From an uncultured Gemmatimonadales bacterium (lineage in GTDB: Bacteria; Gemmatimonadota; Gemmatimonadetes; Longimicrobiales; Longimicrobiaceae): a stretch of 64,000 nt of DNA. The notes under the pieces were generated by a model. The model searched no databases. It was not told the origin of the DNA and worked only from the letters and a program-made list of their open reading frames with translations. A program made the position numbers and the translations under genes. This document shows, in pieces, positions 21,670 to 30,392 of this stretch. Every line of letters begins with the position of its first letter. Positions within the stretch are counted from its first letter, which is position 1. The stretch is from contig OY970303.1 in NCBI GenBank assembly GCA_963716255.1, positions 1,568,001 through 1,632,000 of the forward strand, read 5' to 3'.

Positions 21670-22845
21670 ATGCCGGACCAACCGTTCCCCCGCGACGAGG
21701 AGCTCCACGACCCCGTCCACCCCATCCCCTCCGACGCGCACGACGGCGGGCCGGAGGAGGGGATCGCCCTGTGCCTTTCCGGCGGAGGGTACCGCGCCAT
21801 GCTCTTCCACGTGGGGTCGCTCTGGCGCCTCAACGAGGCCGGCCTCCTGCCGCGGCTGAAGCGGATCTCCAGCGTGTCCGGAGGCTCCATCACGGCCGGG
21901 GTGCTGGGGCTCGGGTGGAAGCGGCTGGACTTCGACAGCGGCGGGGTGGCGCGGGCGTTCGGCGCACGGCTGGTCGAGCCCGTCCGCCACCTGGCCGGGA
22001 AGACCGTGGACGAGGGCGCGGTGCTGGGCGGCGTGCTCCTCCCCGGGTCGGTGGGCGACCGGGTGGAGAGGGCGTACCGCAGGCACCTGTTCGGGGACGC
22101 AACCCTGCAGGACCTGCCCGCGGACGACGAGGGGCCGCGCTTCGTGCTCAACGCCAGCAACGTGCAGTCCGGCGTGCTGTGGCGCTTCTCCCGCCCCTTC
22201 ATGGGGGACTGGAAGGTGGGCCTCGTCCGCAGCCCCACCCTCCCGCTCGCCCAGGCCGTCGCGGCGTCCTCGGCGTTCCCGCCGGTGCTTTCCCCGGTGG
22301 TCCTGGACCTGGACCCGGACGACTTCGACCCGGAGACGGGCGACGGCCTCACCGGGCGCGAGTTCCGGGACGAGGTGGTGCTGACGGACGGAGGCGTGTA
22401 CGACAACCTGGGGCTGGAAACCGCCTGGAAGCGCTACCGCACCATCCTGGTGAGCGACGCGGGCGGCCGCTTCGCCGCCGAGTCCGACCCCGACCGGGAC
22501 TGGCTCCGCCACACCCAGCGCATCCTCGCCGTCATCGACAGCCAGGTCAGGAGCCTGCGCAAGCGCCAGGTGATGGGGGCGTTCCGGGAGGGGATCCGCA
22601 GCGGTGCCTACTGGAGCATCTGGACCGACGCGGCGGAGTACGGGCTGGACGACGCGCTCCCCTGCCCCTTCGACCGGACCACGCTCCTGGCCGAGACCCC
22701 CACCCGCCTCAAGCGGCTCGACGACACGGTGCAGGAGCGGCTGATCAACTGGGGTTACGCGGTGTGCGACTGCGCGCTGCGGGCGCGCCACGACGCCACC
22801 CTCCCCCGGGGCTCCTTCCCCTACCCCGACAGCGGCATCGGCTGA
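21670..22845 (+). CDS. Patatin-like phospholipase
   Basis: LSGGGYRA, SVSGGS nucleophile elbow, ASSAFP, DGGVYDN. Confidence 0.88.
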   Translation: MPDQPFPRDEELHDPVHPIPSDAHDGGPEEGIALCLSGGGYRAMLFHVGSLWRLNEAGLLPRLKRISSVSGGSITAGVLGLGWKRLDFDSGGVARAFGARLVEPVRHLAGKTVDEGAVLGGVLLPGSVGDRVERAYRRHLFGDATLQDLPADDEGPRFVLNASNVQSGVLWRFSRPFMGDWKVGLVRSPTLPLAQAVAASSAFPPVLSPVVLDLDPDDFDPETGDGLTGREFRDEVVLTDGGVYDNLGLETAWKRYRTILVSDAGGRFAAESDPDRDWLRHTQRILAVIDSQVRSLRKRQVMGAFREGIRSGAYWSIWTDAAEYGLDDALPCPFDRTTLLAETPTRLKRLDDTVQERLINWGYAVCDCALRARHDATLPRGSFPYPDSGIG

Positions 22846-22854
22846 GGCGGCGTC

Positions 22855-25116
22855 ATGGAAATCAAGCGTGAATGGCTGGAGCAGCTGATCTTCGAAGGGG
22901 CGACCTCGCGCCGCTTCACGCAGGACTCGCCCATCCTGCCCGACGTGTGGATCCGCTACGGGATGAAGCTCACCCGGGGCGAGGAGCCGGTGCTGGACCT
23001 GCTCCTCACCCCGCACATGGATTCCACCGCCGGGGCGCTCTTCCTGGCCGTGCAGGAGCGGGTGGAGCACGAGCGCCGGGCGGGCGGCCACTGGCGGCGG
23101 CTCCGCGACCCGGAGGGCGGCTTCCGGAAGATCCTCGACACCGCCCGCGGAGCGATCCACACGCCCCCCGAGGACGAGGAGGGCCGGGACGACACGCCCT
23201 GCGACCCGGAGGCCCCCGGCCTGGCCTACAACCAGTCCACCGTGGTGGGATGCCTGCACCTGACGGAGGTGGTGCGGGTGCTCCTGCCGCTCACCGGGTG
23301 GTGGCGCAGGAGCGTGTGCAACGACCCGGGGCGCGCCACCATGGCCGACATGGACGACGCCGAAGGGCGCAGGGCGATCGAAAGGGACCTGCGCCGGATC
23401 GCGAAGGGGATGCCGGAAAAGGGCGGGCCGGCGGACCTCCTCTGGCTGGTCAAGGTGGTGGGGAGCATGCTGGCCGCGGCGGCGACGCCGGACGACGGCG
23501 AGATGCGCTGGGAGGACCGCTGGAGCGAGTGGAAGAGGATCCTGGCGAACAACAGGAAGCTGGTGAAGCTGTTCCAGGAGCACATCCTGGGGGACCGGCC
23601 GCAGGACGTGGTCTGTCCCGGGCTCCCGGAGGACACTCCGCTCTTCGTGGTCAGCCGCAACCGCAAGGCGGTCTCGAGCGACGCCTTTTCCGTCCAGGCG
23701 GTCAAGGCGGACGCCGCGCGCCGCCTGTTCAACGCCAGCTGCGCGGGGCTGGCGTGGGCCGTCCTGGACAGCGGGATCGACGCGACGCACCCGGCCTTCC
23801 GCAAGCGCAGGGACGACGCGGTGCTTCCCTCGCCCTTCGAGGACGACCGCGGCCGCCCCGGCAACGGCACCCGGGTGGACGCCACCTTCGACTTCACCCG
23901 CATCCGCTTCCTGCTGGCCGGCAGCAGGACGGCGCTGCAGCAGGAGGCGGAGCGGATCGCCGCGGCGCTGAAGGCGGCGGAGGCGGAGCTCGCCGCGGCC
24001 ACGGAGCGCCAGCCGGCGGACGGAATCGCCGCGAAACCCGCCAGGGCAGCGAAGTCGGCCGCCGCGGCGGCGAAGGCCGCGGCACCCGCGGCCGCCACGG
24101 AGGCGGACCACTGCAGGCGCCGCGTGGACACGCTCGCCGCGCAGCTCGCCAACTGGAGCGCGTTCGCCGAAAGGGACGCCGCCGCCCAGCGCGCCTCCGC
24201 CATGAAGACCTCGCTGCTGCGGGGGCGCGCCATCAACTGGGACGAGCTGAGGCCGCTCCTGGAGGTGGAGCACGTGGACGGGATCTACCGGGCGCCGCAG
24301 CACGAGCACGGCACCCACGTGGGGGGGATCCTGGCGGCGGACTGGAGGAGCGCCGACTGGAAGAAGGGAACGCCGGAGCACACCTCCAGCGACATGGCGG
24401 GCGTGTGCCCCGACATCCGCCTGTACGACTTCCGCGTCTTCGACGACCAGGGGATGGGCGACGAGTTCTCCGTCATGGCGGCGCTGCAGTTCCTCCGCCA
24501 CCTCAACGCCCACCGCGAGATCCCGCTGATCCACGGCGCCAACCTGAGCCTGGCCATCCGCCACGACGTGGCCAACTACGCGTGCGGCCGCACCCCGGTG
24601 TGCGACGAGTGCGAGCGGGTGGTGAACGCGGGCGTGGTGGTGGTGGCCGCCGCGGGCAACTACGGCTACCACCGCTTCTCCACCCTCAGCGACACGGGGA
24701 CGGCCTCCACCTACGAGGGGTACAGCGACATCAGCATCACCGACCCCGGCAACGCCGACGCGGTGATCACCGTGGGCTCCACCCACCGCATCGAGCCGCA
24801 CACCTACGGCGTCAGCTACTTTTCCAGCCGCGGCCCCACCGGCGACGGGCGCTCCAAGCCGGACCTGGTGGCGCCGGGGGAAAAGATCCGCGCGCCGGTG
24901 CCGGACTGCGGCTCCAAGGTAAAGGACGGCACCAGCATGGCCGCCCCGCACGTGAGCGGCGCCGCGGCCCTGATCCTGGCGCGCTACAGCGAGTTCATCG
25001 GCCGGCCCGCGCGCGTCAAGCAGATCCTCTGCTCCACCGCCACCGACCTGGGGCGCGACCGCTACTTCCAGGGCGCGGGGATGGTGGACGTGCTCCGCGC
25101 CCTGCAGTCCGTCTGA
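22855..25116 (+). CDS. S8 subtilase-family serine protease, no signal peptide, large N-terminal domain
   Basis: LDSG, HGTHVGG, AAGN and GTSMAAP catalytic motifs. Confidence 0.9.
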   Translation: MEIKREWLEQLIFEGATSRRFTQDSPILPDVWIRYGMKLTRGEEPVLDLLLTPHMDSTAGALFLAVQERVEHERRAGGHWRRLRDPEGGFRKILDTARGAIHTPPEDEEGRDDTPCDPEAPGLAYNQSTVVGCLHLTEVVRVLLPLTGWWRRSVCNDPGRATMADMDDAEGRRAIERDLRRIAKGMPEKGGPADLLWLVKVVGSMLAAAATPDDGEMRWEDRWSEWKRILANNRKLVKLFQEHILGDRPQDVVCPGLPEDTPLFVVSRNRKAVSSDAFSVQAVKADAARRLFNASCAGLAWAVLDSGIDATHPAFRKRRDDAVLPSPFEDDRGRPGNGTRVDATFDFTRIRFLLAGSRTALQQEAERIAAALKAAEAELAAATERQPADGIAAKPARAAKSAAAAAKAAAPAAATEADHCRRRVDTLAAQLANWSAFAERDAAAQRASAMKTSLLRGRAINWDELRPLLEVEHVDGIYRAPQHEHGTHVGGILAADWRSADWKKGTPEHTSSDMAGVCPDIRLYDFRVFDDQGMGDEFSVMAALQFLRHLNAHREIPLIHGANLSLAIRHDVANYACGRTPVCDECERVVNAGVVVVAAAGNYGYHRFSTLSDTGTASTYEGYSDISITDPGNADAVITVGSTHRIEPHTYGVSYFSSRGPTGDGRSKPDLVAPGEKIRAPVPDCGSKVKDGTSMAAPHVSGAAALILARYSEFIGRPARVKQILCSTATDLGRDRYFQGAGMVDVLRALQSV

Positions 25117-25142
25117 GCGCCCACCTCTCACCCGATCCCCCC

Positions 25143-26309
25143 ATGATCTTCACGCTCGAGGCCCTCCAGGCCCACAAGGGAGACGCGCTTCTCCTTCACT
25201 ACGGCGACCCGGCGGCACCCGGCCTGGTCGTGATCGACGGCGGCCCCAACCGCACCTGGGAGGGGCTCCGCGCCCGCCTGGACAGCCTGATGGAGGGGAC
25301 GCGCCCGCTGACGGCGGACGGCAAGCTCCCCATCCGCCTGGTGATGATCAGCCACATCGACGACGACCACATCCACGGCATCCTGGAGATGACCGACGCC
25401 CTGCTGGGCGAGCGGGACGAGGAGCCGCCGGCGTACGACATCACGGCGTTCTGGCACAACGCCTTCGACGACGTGATCGGCAGGGCGGCGGCCGCGTCCA
25501 CCGCGTCCGTGGCCGGCGTGCAGGGCGCCTCCGCCGAGGAGATCCCGGCGAAGCTCCCCGTGCAGCACCAGGCGCAGCTCGTCCTGCAGAGCGTCAACCA
25601 GGGGCGCCGCCTGCGCGACAACATCGCGCGCCTGGGCCGCGAGGGGAACCTGCCCTTCGGCGGGCTGGTGGCGGAGGACCACCCCGAGAACCCGGTGGAC
25701 ATGGACGCGGGGCTCACCTTCACCGTCGTGGGCCCGGCGCAGGCGGAGGTCGACGGCCTGGAGTCGGAGTGGGACGAGCAGCTGAACAAGAAGAAGGGAA
25801 AGGCGAAGGCGGGCGAGACGCAGAGCATGGAGTCCATCGCCGCCGCCTACCTGGACGAATCGGCGTACAACCTGTCCAGCATCGTGGTGATGGCGGAGCT
25901 GGACGGAAAGCGGATGCTGCTGACCGGCGACGCGCGCGGCGACCACGTCCTCGCCGGGCTGGAGGCGCGCGGGTACCTGGAGCCCGGCGGCACGATCAAG
26001 GTGGACGTGCTCAAGCTCCCCCACCACGGGAGCGAGCGGAACGTGGAGCCCGAGTTCTTCCGGCGCGTGGTGGCCGACCACTACGTCGTCTCGGCGGACG
26101 GCGAGCACGGCAACCCCGATCCCCCCACGCTCAAGATGCTCACCGAGGTCCGCGGCGACGACGAGTACACCATCCACCTGACGAACCGCGTCTCCTGGGC
26201 GGTGGAGTTCTTCGACGAGGACCAGCCCAGGCGCAGGTACAGGGTGGTCTACCGGGAGGACGACCAGCCCTCCGTGCGCGTGGAGCTGGGAGACCCGCTG
26301 CCGGACTGA
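25143..26309 (+). CDS. MBL-fold hydrolase (ComEC/Rec2-like, soluble)
   Basis: GDA, IDGG, SHIDDDHIHG, LLTGD, KLPHHGS, HGNP. Confidence 0.85.
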   Translation: MIFTLEALQAHKGDALLLHYGDPAAPGLVVIDGGPNRTWEGLRARLDSLMEGTRPLTADGKLPIRLVMISHIDDDHIHGILEMTDALLGERDEEPPAYDITAFWHNAFDDVIGRAAAASTASVAGVQGASAEEIPAKLPVQHQAQLVLQSVNQGRRLRDNIARLGREGNLPFGGLVAEDHPENPVDMDAGLTFTVVGPAQAEVDGLESEWDEQLNKKKGKAKAGETQSMESIAAAYLDESAYNLSSIVVMAELDGKRMLLTGDARGDHVLAGLEARGYLEPGGTIKVDVLKLPHHGSERNVEPEFFRRVVADHYVVSADGEHGNPDPPTLKMLTEVRGDDEYTIHLTNRVSWAVEFFDEDQPRRRYRVVYREDDQPSVRVELGDPLPD

Positions 26310-26428
26310 GCCGGGGCGCGGCGGACGCGGCCGAACTGCCGGGGTCGGGCTTCGATGCGATGGCGAGGTCCAGGAGGCGTCCGACTCACCCGGATTCCGT
26401 ATGATCCGGACGGGGGGCAGGCTGCGGC

Positions 26429-26460
26429 GGAGGGCACCGGGCGAAGACCCGGTGCCCTCC
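26429..26460. terminator. 13-bp hairpin downstream of the patatin-S8-MBL operon
   Basis: ggagggcaccggg-cgaaga-cccggtgccctcc. Confidence 0.45.
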
Positions 26461-26564
26461 CGTGCTTCCGGGAACCGGCGGCCCGGCACCTTTCGTGCGC
26501 CCCAGCGGGGGAGAGGGGCCGGGGGGCGAGGGGGTCCACCCTCGCGGACGCCGGCGCGGTACCC

Positions 26565-26698
26565 GCGTGAGGGATTTCGGCCCGAAGGGGCGAGACCCGG
26601 CGAGGTCGTTTCCGCCGGGGCTCGACTCCGTTACGCACGGTTGTTTCGTGCGTTACGGAGCCGAAGCCCGACCCCGGCGCCCGCCGGGGGCACGCCCG
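26565..26698 (+). repeat. Structured ~135-nt dispersed repeat, copy A
   Basis: GCGTGAGGGATTTCGGC...GCCGAAGCCCGACCCC...GGGGCACGCCC; four copies in the window. Confidence 0.85.
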
Positions 26699-26738
26699 GA
26701 CCCTGGTCTTTCAGCCCGCTACAACCGGACCCGGTACG

Positions 26739-28535
26739 ATGATGCACCCGCCGAAGCCCGCCTGCGCACTCCTGGCCGCGCTGCTCGCCGCCTGCTCCCC
26801 GCGCGCCGAGACCCGGCCGCAGCCCGAGCGCGCCACCCCGCTCCCGCCGGTGACGGTGGGCGCGCCCGCGGCCCGCCCGCGCCCGCCCGCCGACCCGTGG
26901 GTGGAGCGGACGCTGGCCGGGATGTCGCTGCGGCAGCGGGTGGCGCAGCTCGTCTTTCCCTGGATCGCCGGCACCCCCGCCGACGCGCAGGCCGGCGAGG
27001 CCGAGCGGCTGGCGCGCTGGGTGGAGCGCGACGAGGTGGGCGGGCTGATCGTGTCGCGCGGCACGCCGGCGGGGCTCGCGGCGAAGCTGAACGCGGCGCA
27101 GGCGCGCAGCCGCGTGCCGCTGCTGGTGGTGTCCGACCTGGAGACGGGGCCGGGGATGCGCCTGACCGGGGGCACCAACATGCCGCCCGCCATGGCCTTC
27201 GGGGCGGCCGACGACGCGGCGCTGGCGCGCGAGGCGGGGCGGATCACCGGCGTGGAGGCGCGCGCCGTGGGAATCCACCTGACGCTGGGGCCGGTCCTGG
27301 ACGTCAACTCCAACCCCCGCAACCCCATCATCAACGTCCGCTCCTTCGGCGAGAACCCGCAGCGGGTGGCGCGCCTGGCGAGCGCCTGGATCGCCGGGGC
27401 GCACGAGGGCGGCCTGCTCACCGTGGGCAAGCACTTTCCCGGGCACGGCGACACCGAGACCGACTCGCACGTGGGGCTCCCGACCATCGACGCGGACCCG
27501 GCGCGGCTCTCCCGGGTGGAGCTGCCCCCGTTCCGCGGCGCGATCCGGGCGGGGACCGACGGCATCCTGGTGGGGCACATCGCCGTCACCGGGCTGGAGG
27601 GCGCGGGCGCCCCGCCCGCGTCGCTGTCGCCGCGCATCGTCGGGGGGCTGCTGCGGGGGGAGATGGGGTTCGACGGGCTGGTGTTCACCGACGCGCTCAA
27701 CATGGGCGCCGTCACCCGGCGCTACGCCGTCCCCGAGGCCTCGGTGCGGGCGCTGCTGGCCGGCGCCGACGTGCTCCTGCAGCCGCCGGGCGAGGGTGCG
27801 GTGATCGACGCGGTGGTGGCCGCCGTGGAGTCCGGGCGCCTGCCGCGGGCGCGCGTGGACGACGCCGCCCGCCGGGTGCTGGCCGCCAAGGCGCGCGCCG
27901 GGCTGCACCGCGGCGCCCGCGTGGACCCCGCCGCCGTCGGGCGGCTGGTGGGGAGCGCGGAGCACGCCCGCGCCGTCCGCCGGGTGGCCGCGGCCGGCAC
28001 CACGCTCGTTCGCGACCGCGGCGGCCTGGTGCCCATCCCCGCGCGGGTGCGGAGGGTGCTGCACGTGGCCTACGGGCTCCCCGGCTCCGGGCGCTCCGGG
28101 CTGGGGAGCGCGCTCGCCGCGCCGGGGCGCGAGGTCGAGGAGGTGCGCCTGGACGGCCGCGTCACGGCGGCCCAGGTCGCCGCGCTGCGCGTCCGGGCCG
28201 CCGACGCCGACCTGGTGGTGGCCTCCGCGCTGGTCACCCCGCGCGAGTACCGCGAGCTGTCGCTGCCGCCCGAGTTCGGCGCCTTCGTGGAGGAGCTGTC
28301 CGCCGCGGGGAAGCCGGTGGTCGCGGTGTCGCTCGGCAGCCCGTACCTGCTCGCCGCCTTCCCCTCCGTGCCCGCGTACCTGGTGGCGTGGAGCGCGTCC
28401 GCCGCCACGCAGCGCGCCGCGGGCGACGCCCTTGCCGGGCGCGCGCCCATCACCGGCCGCCTGCCGGTGGCACTCCCGCCCTTCCACGTGGCCGGCGCGG
28501 GGGTCGAGCGGCCGGGATCGCCCGTGGGGAGATGA
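26739..28535 (+). CDS. GH3 beta-N-acetylhexosaminidase (NagZ-like) lipoprotein
   Basis: Lipobox LAAC; NagZ signature KHFPGHGDTETDSH; FTDALNM. Confidence 0.9.
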   Translation: MMHPPKPACALLAALLAACSPRAETRPQPERATPLPPVTVGAPAARPRPPADPWVERTLAGMSLRQRVAQLVFPWIAGTPADAQAGEAERLARWVERDEVGGLIVSRGTPAGLAAKLNAAQARSRVPLLVVSDLETGPGMRLTGGTNMPPAMAFGAADDAALAREAGRITGVEARAVGIHLTLGPVLDVNSNPRNPIINVRSFGENPQRVARLASAWIAGAHEGGLLTVGKHFPGHGDTETDSHVGLPTIDADPARLSRVELPPFRGAIRAGTDGILVGHIAVTGLEGAGAPPASLSPRIVGGLLRGEMGFDGLVFTDALNMGAVTRRYAVPEASVRALLAGADVLLQPPGEGAVIDAVVAAVESGRLPRARVDDAARRVLAAKARAGLHRGARVDPAAVGRLVGSAEHARAVRRVAAAGTTLVRDRGGLVPIPARVRRVLHVAYGLPGSGRSGLGSALAAPGREVEEVRLDGRVTAAQVAALRVRAADADLVVASALVTPREYRELSLPPEFGAFVEELSAAGKPVVAVSLGSPYLLAAFPSVPAYLVAWSASAATQRAAGDALAGRAPITGRLPVALPPFHVAGAGVERPGSPVGR

Positions 28536-28729
28536 TTCCGGATCCTGGTTGCAGCGAGATGAACCGCGGGGGTCGGGCGTGCCCCCGGCGGGCGCCGGGG
28601 TCGGGCTTCGGCTCCGTAGGCGAGCAAACAACGCTCGCCAACGGAGTCGAGCCCCGGCGGAAACTGCCCCGCCGGGTCTCGCCCCTTCGGGCCGAAATCC
28701 CTCACGCAGGCTCCGACGCGGCCGAAAAA
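28473..28729. repeat. Direct duplication copy 1 (GH3 3' end plus repeat copy B at 28574-28707, minus strand)
   Basis: 28473-28530 is identical to 29688-29745; the repeat and a short tail are also shared. Confidence 0.9.
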
Positions 28730-28822
28730 CTCATCAAATAAACGACTTACGCGAATTTTCCGCCAGTCGTGTCTTAACCCTTCCGCCACCAACCGGATCG
28801 GCGCCTAGACACGCTCCCCTCC

Positions 28823-29668
28823 CCGCGAATCACCGGCCTGTCGCGCACCAACCTGCTGTACATGCGGGCATTCGCGAACGCGTACCCCGACGAGGCAATC
28901 GTCCAACAGCTTGTTGGACGATTGCCGTGGGGCCACAACCTGGCCCTCCTCGACAAGCTGGATGACCCAGAAGTCCGGGCGTGGTACGCGGCGCGCGCCC
29001 TTGAGTTCGGGTGGAGCCGGAACGTGCTGGTGCACCAGATCGAGAGCCGGCTCCATGAGCGCCAGGGGAGCGCAGTAACCAATTTCGAGCGCACCCTCCC
29101 CGCGCCGCAGTCGGACCTCGCCCGCGAACTGGTCAGGGACCCGTACCACTTCGACTTCCTTCAGCTCGGGCCGGAAGCCCGGGAGCGGGACCTGGAGCAG
29201 GCGCTCCTTGCTCACCTGCGTGCCTTCCTGCTGGAGCTGGGAGTCGGGTTCGCGTTCGTCGGCAGCCAGCACCGCCTGGAAGTGGGCGGGCAGGACTATT
29301 TTCTAGATCTCCTTTTCTACCACCTGCGTCTTCGCTGCTACGTGGTGATCGAACTGAAAGTCGGGGCATTCAGGCCGGAAGACTCGGGCCAGATGAACTT
29401 CTACCTCTCGGCGGTGGACGAACTGCTCCGGCACCCGGACGACCGCCCAAGCATCGGGCTGATCCTCTGCAAGGAGCGCAACCGCGTGGTGGTGGAGTAC
29501 GCGCTCCGCGGTGTCGAAAAGCCGATCGGAGTAGCCGAATATCACCTGACCGAGCGGCTGCCCGAGCCGCTGCGTGGCAGCCTTCCGAGCGCCGAGGAAC
29601 TGGAGCGGGAGCTGGAGCGCGCCGAGGACGACGAAGGAGCACGAAGCGAGGGAGCACGCAGTACCTGA
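28823..29668 (+). pseudogene. DUF1016/YhcG PDDEXK nuclease, 5'-truncated (ATG at 28862)
   Basis: GLSRTNLLYMR, LPWGH, RDPYHFDFL, DLLFYH, VIELK; an in-frame stop at 28775 leaves no room for the usual N-terminus. Confidence 0.75.
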
Positions 29669-29687
29669 ATCCCACCTGGCGATACCG

Positions 29688-29928
29688 CTCCCGCCCTTCC
29701 ACGTGGCCGGCGCGGGGGTCGAGCGGCCGGGATCGCCCGTGGGGAACTGAACGGCGGGGTTCGGGCGTGCCCCCGGCTGGCGCCGGGGTCGGGCTTCGGC
29801 TCCGTAGGCGAGCAAACAACGCTCGCCAACGGAGTCGAGACCGCGCCAGCACCTCTGAACTGAGGTGCCGCGCGGTCTCGCCCCTTCGGGCCGAAATCCC
29901 TCACGCAGGCTCCGACGCGGCCGAAAAA
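29688..29928. repeat. Direct duplication copy 2 (contains repeat copy C at 29762-29906, minus strand)
   Basis: Same 58-bp block and repeat as 28473-28729, with a different internal hairpin. Confidence 0.9.
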
Positions 29929-30037
29929 ATCCAGCCGACGCTCGACGAACCCGGGTCTGTCCGCGCCGCATCCCGGCACCATCCGTCACCAACCAGACCG
30001 GCGCAAGGACGTGCTCCCGCGCCGATCTCGTCCTCTT

Positions 30038-30216
30038 CCGTCCCATTCGCGGCCCACCCTGGCGGGTCATCGATGTCCCAGGTGAGGCGGAACGATCCCA
30101 CACTCCCGCCGACACCCCCGGCGCGCCTGGCGCCGACCGCGCGAGCCTAGCTTCCCCCGGACAAACGCGGTTAGAGGCGGCGCCGTCAACCATGCGTTTA
30201 CTGGCTTGTATGTTGC
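30038..30216 (+). promoter_or_regulatory. Sigma54 promoter (30201-30216) with candidate enhancer sites (30038-30094), module 1
   Basis: CTGGCttgtatgTTGC fits GG-N10-GC; conserved with 40689-40867 at identical spacing. Confidence 0.75.
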
Positions 30217-30392
30217 GCCCCGGTCCACCCCGTCGCCGGGATCCTGCCCCCGCGCGCTGCACCTCCCGAGGACCCGGACCCGCCGGTTGGACCCCGCGCC
30301 GCCCACGGTGGCCCGGCACGTCCCGCCGCGCGGGCCAGCGCTCACCGACCCCAGCCGTCCATCGCCTTGGCTCCTTTCCCACGCATCCGCCC

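Noticed and set aside
26339..26355. Fifth copy of the structured repeat (ccggggtcgggcttcg)
   Set aside because: Only about 16 nt match; at most a fragment.
26565..29928. CRISPR array or composite transposon around the GH3 gene
   Set aside because: The repeats are long, dispersed and in mixed orientation, with no spacers, cas genes, transposase or evident target-site duplication.
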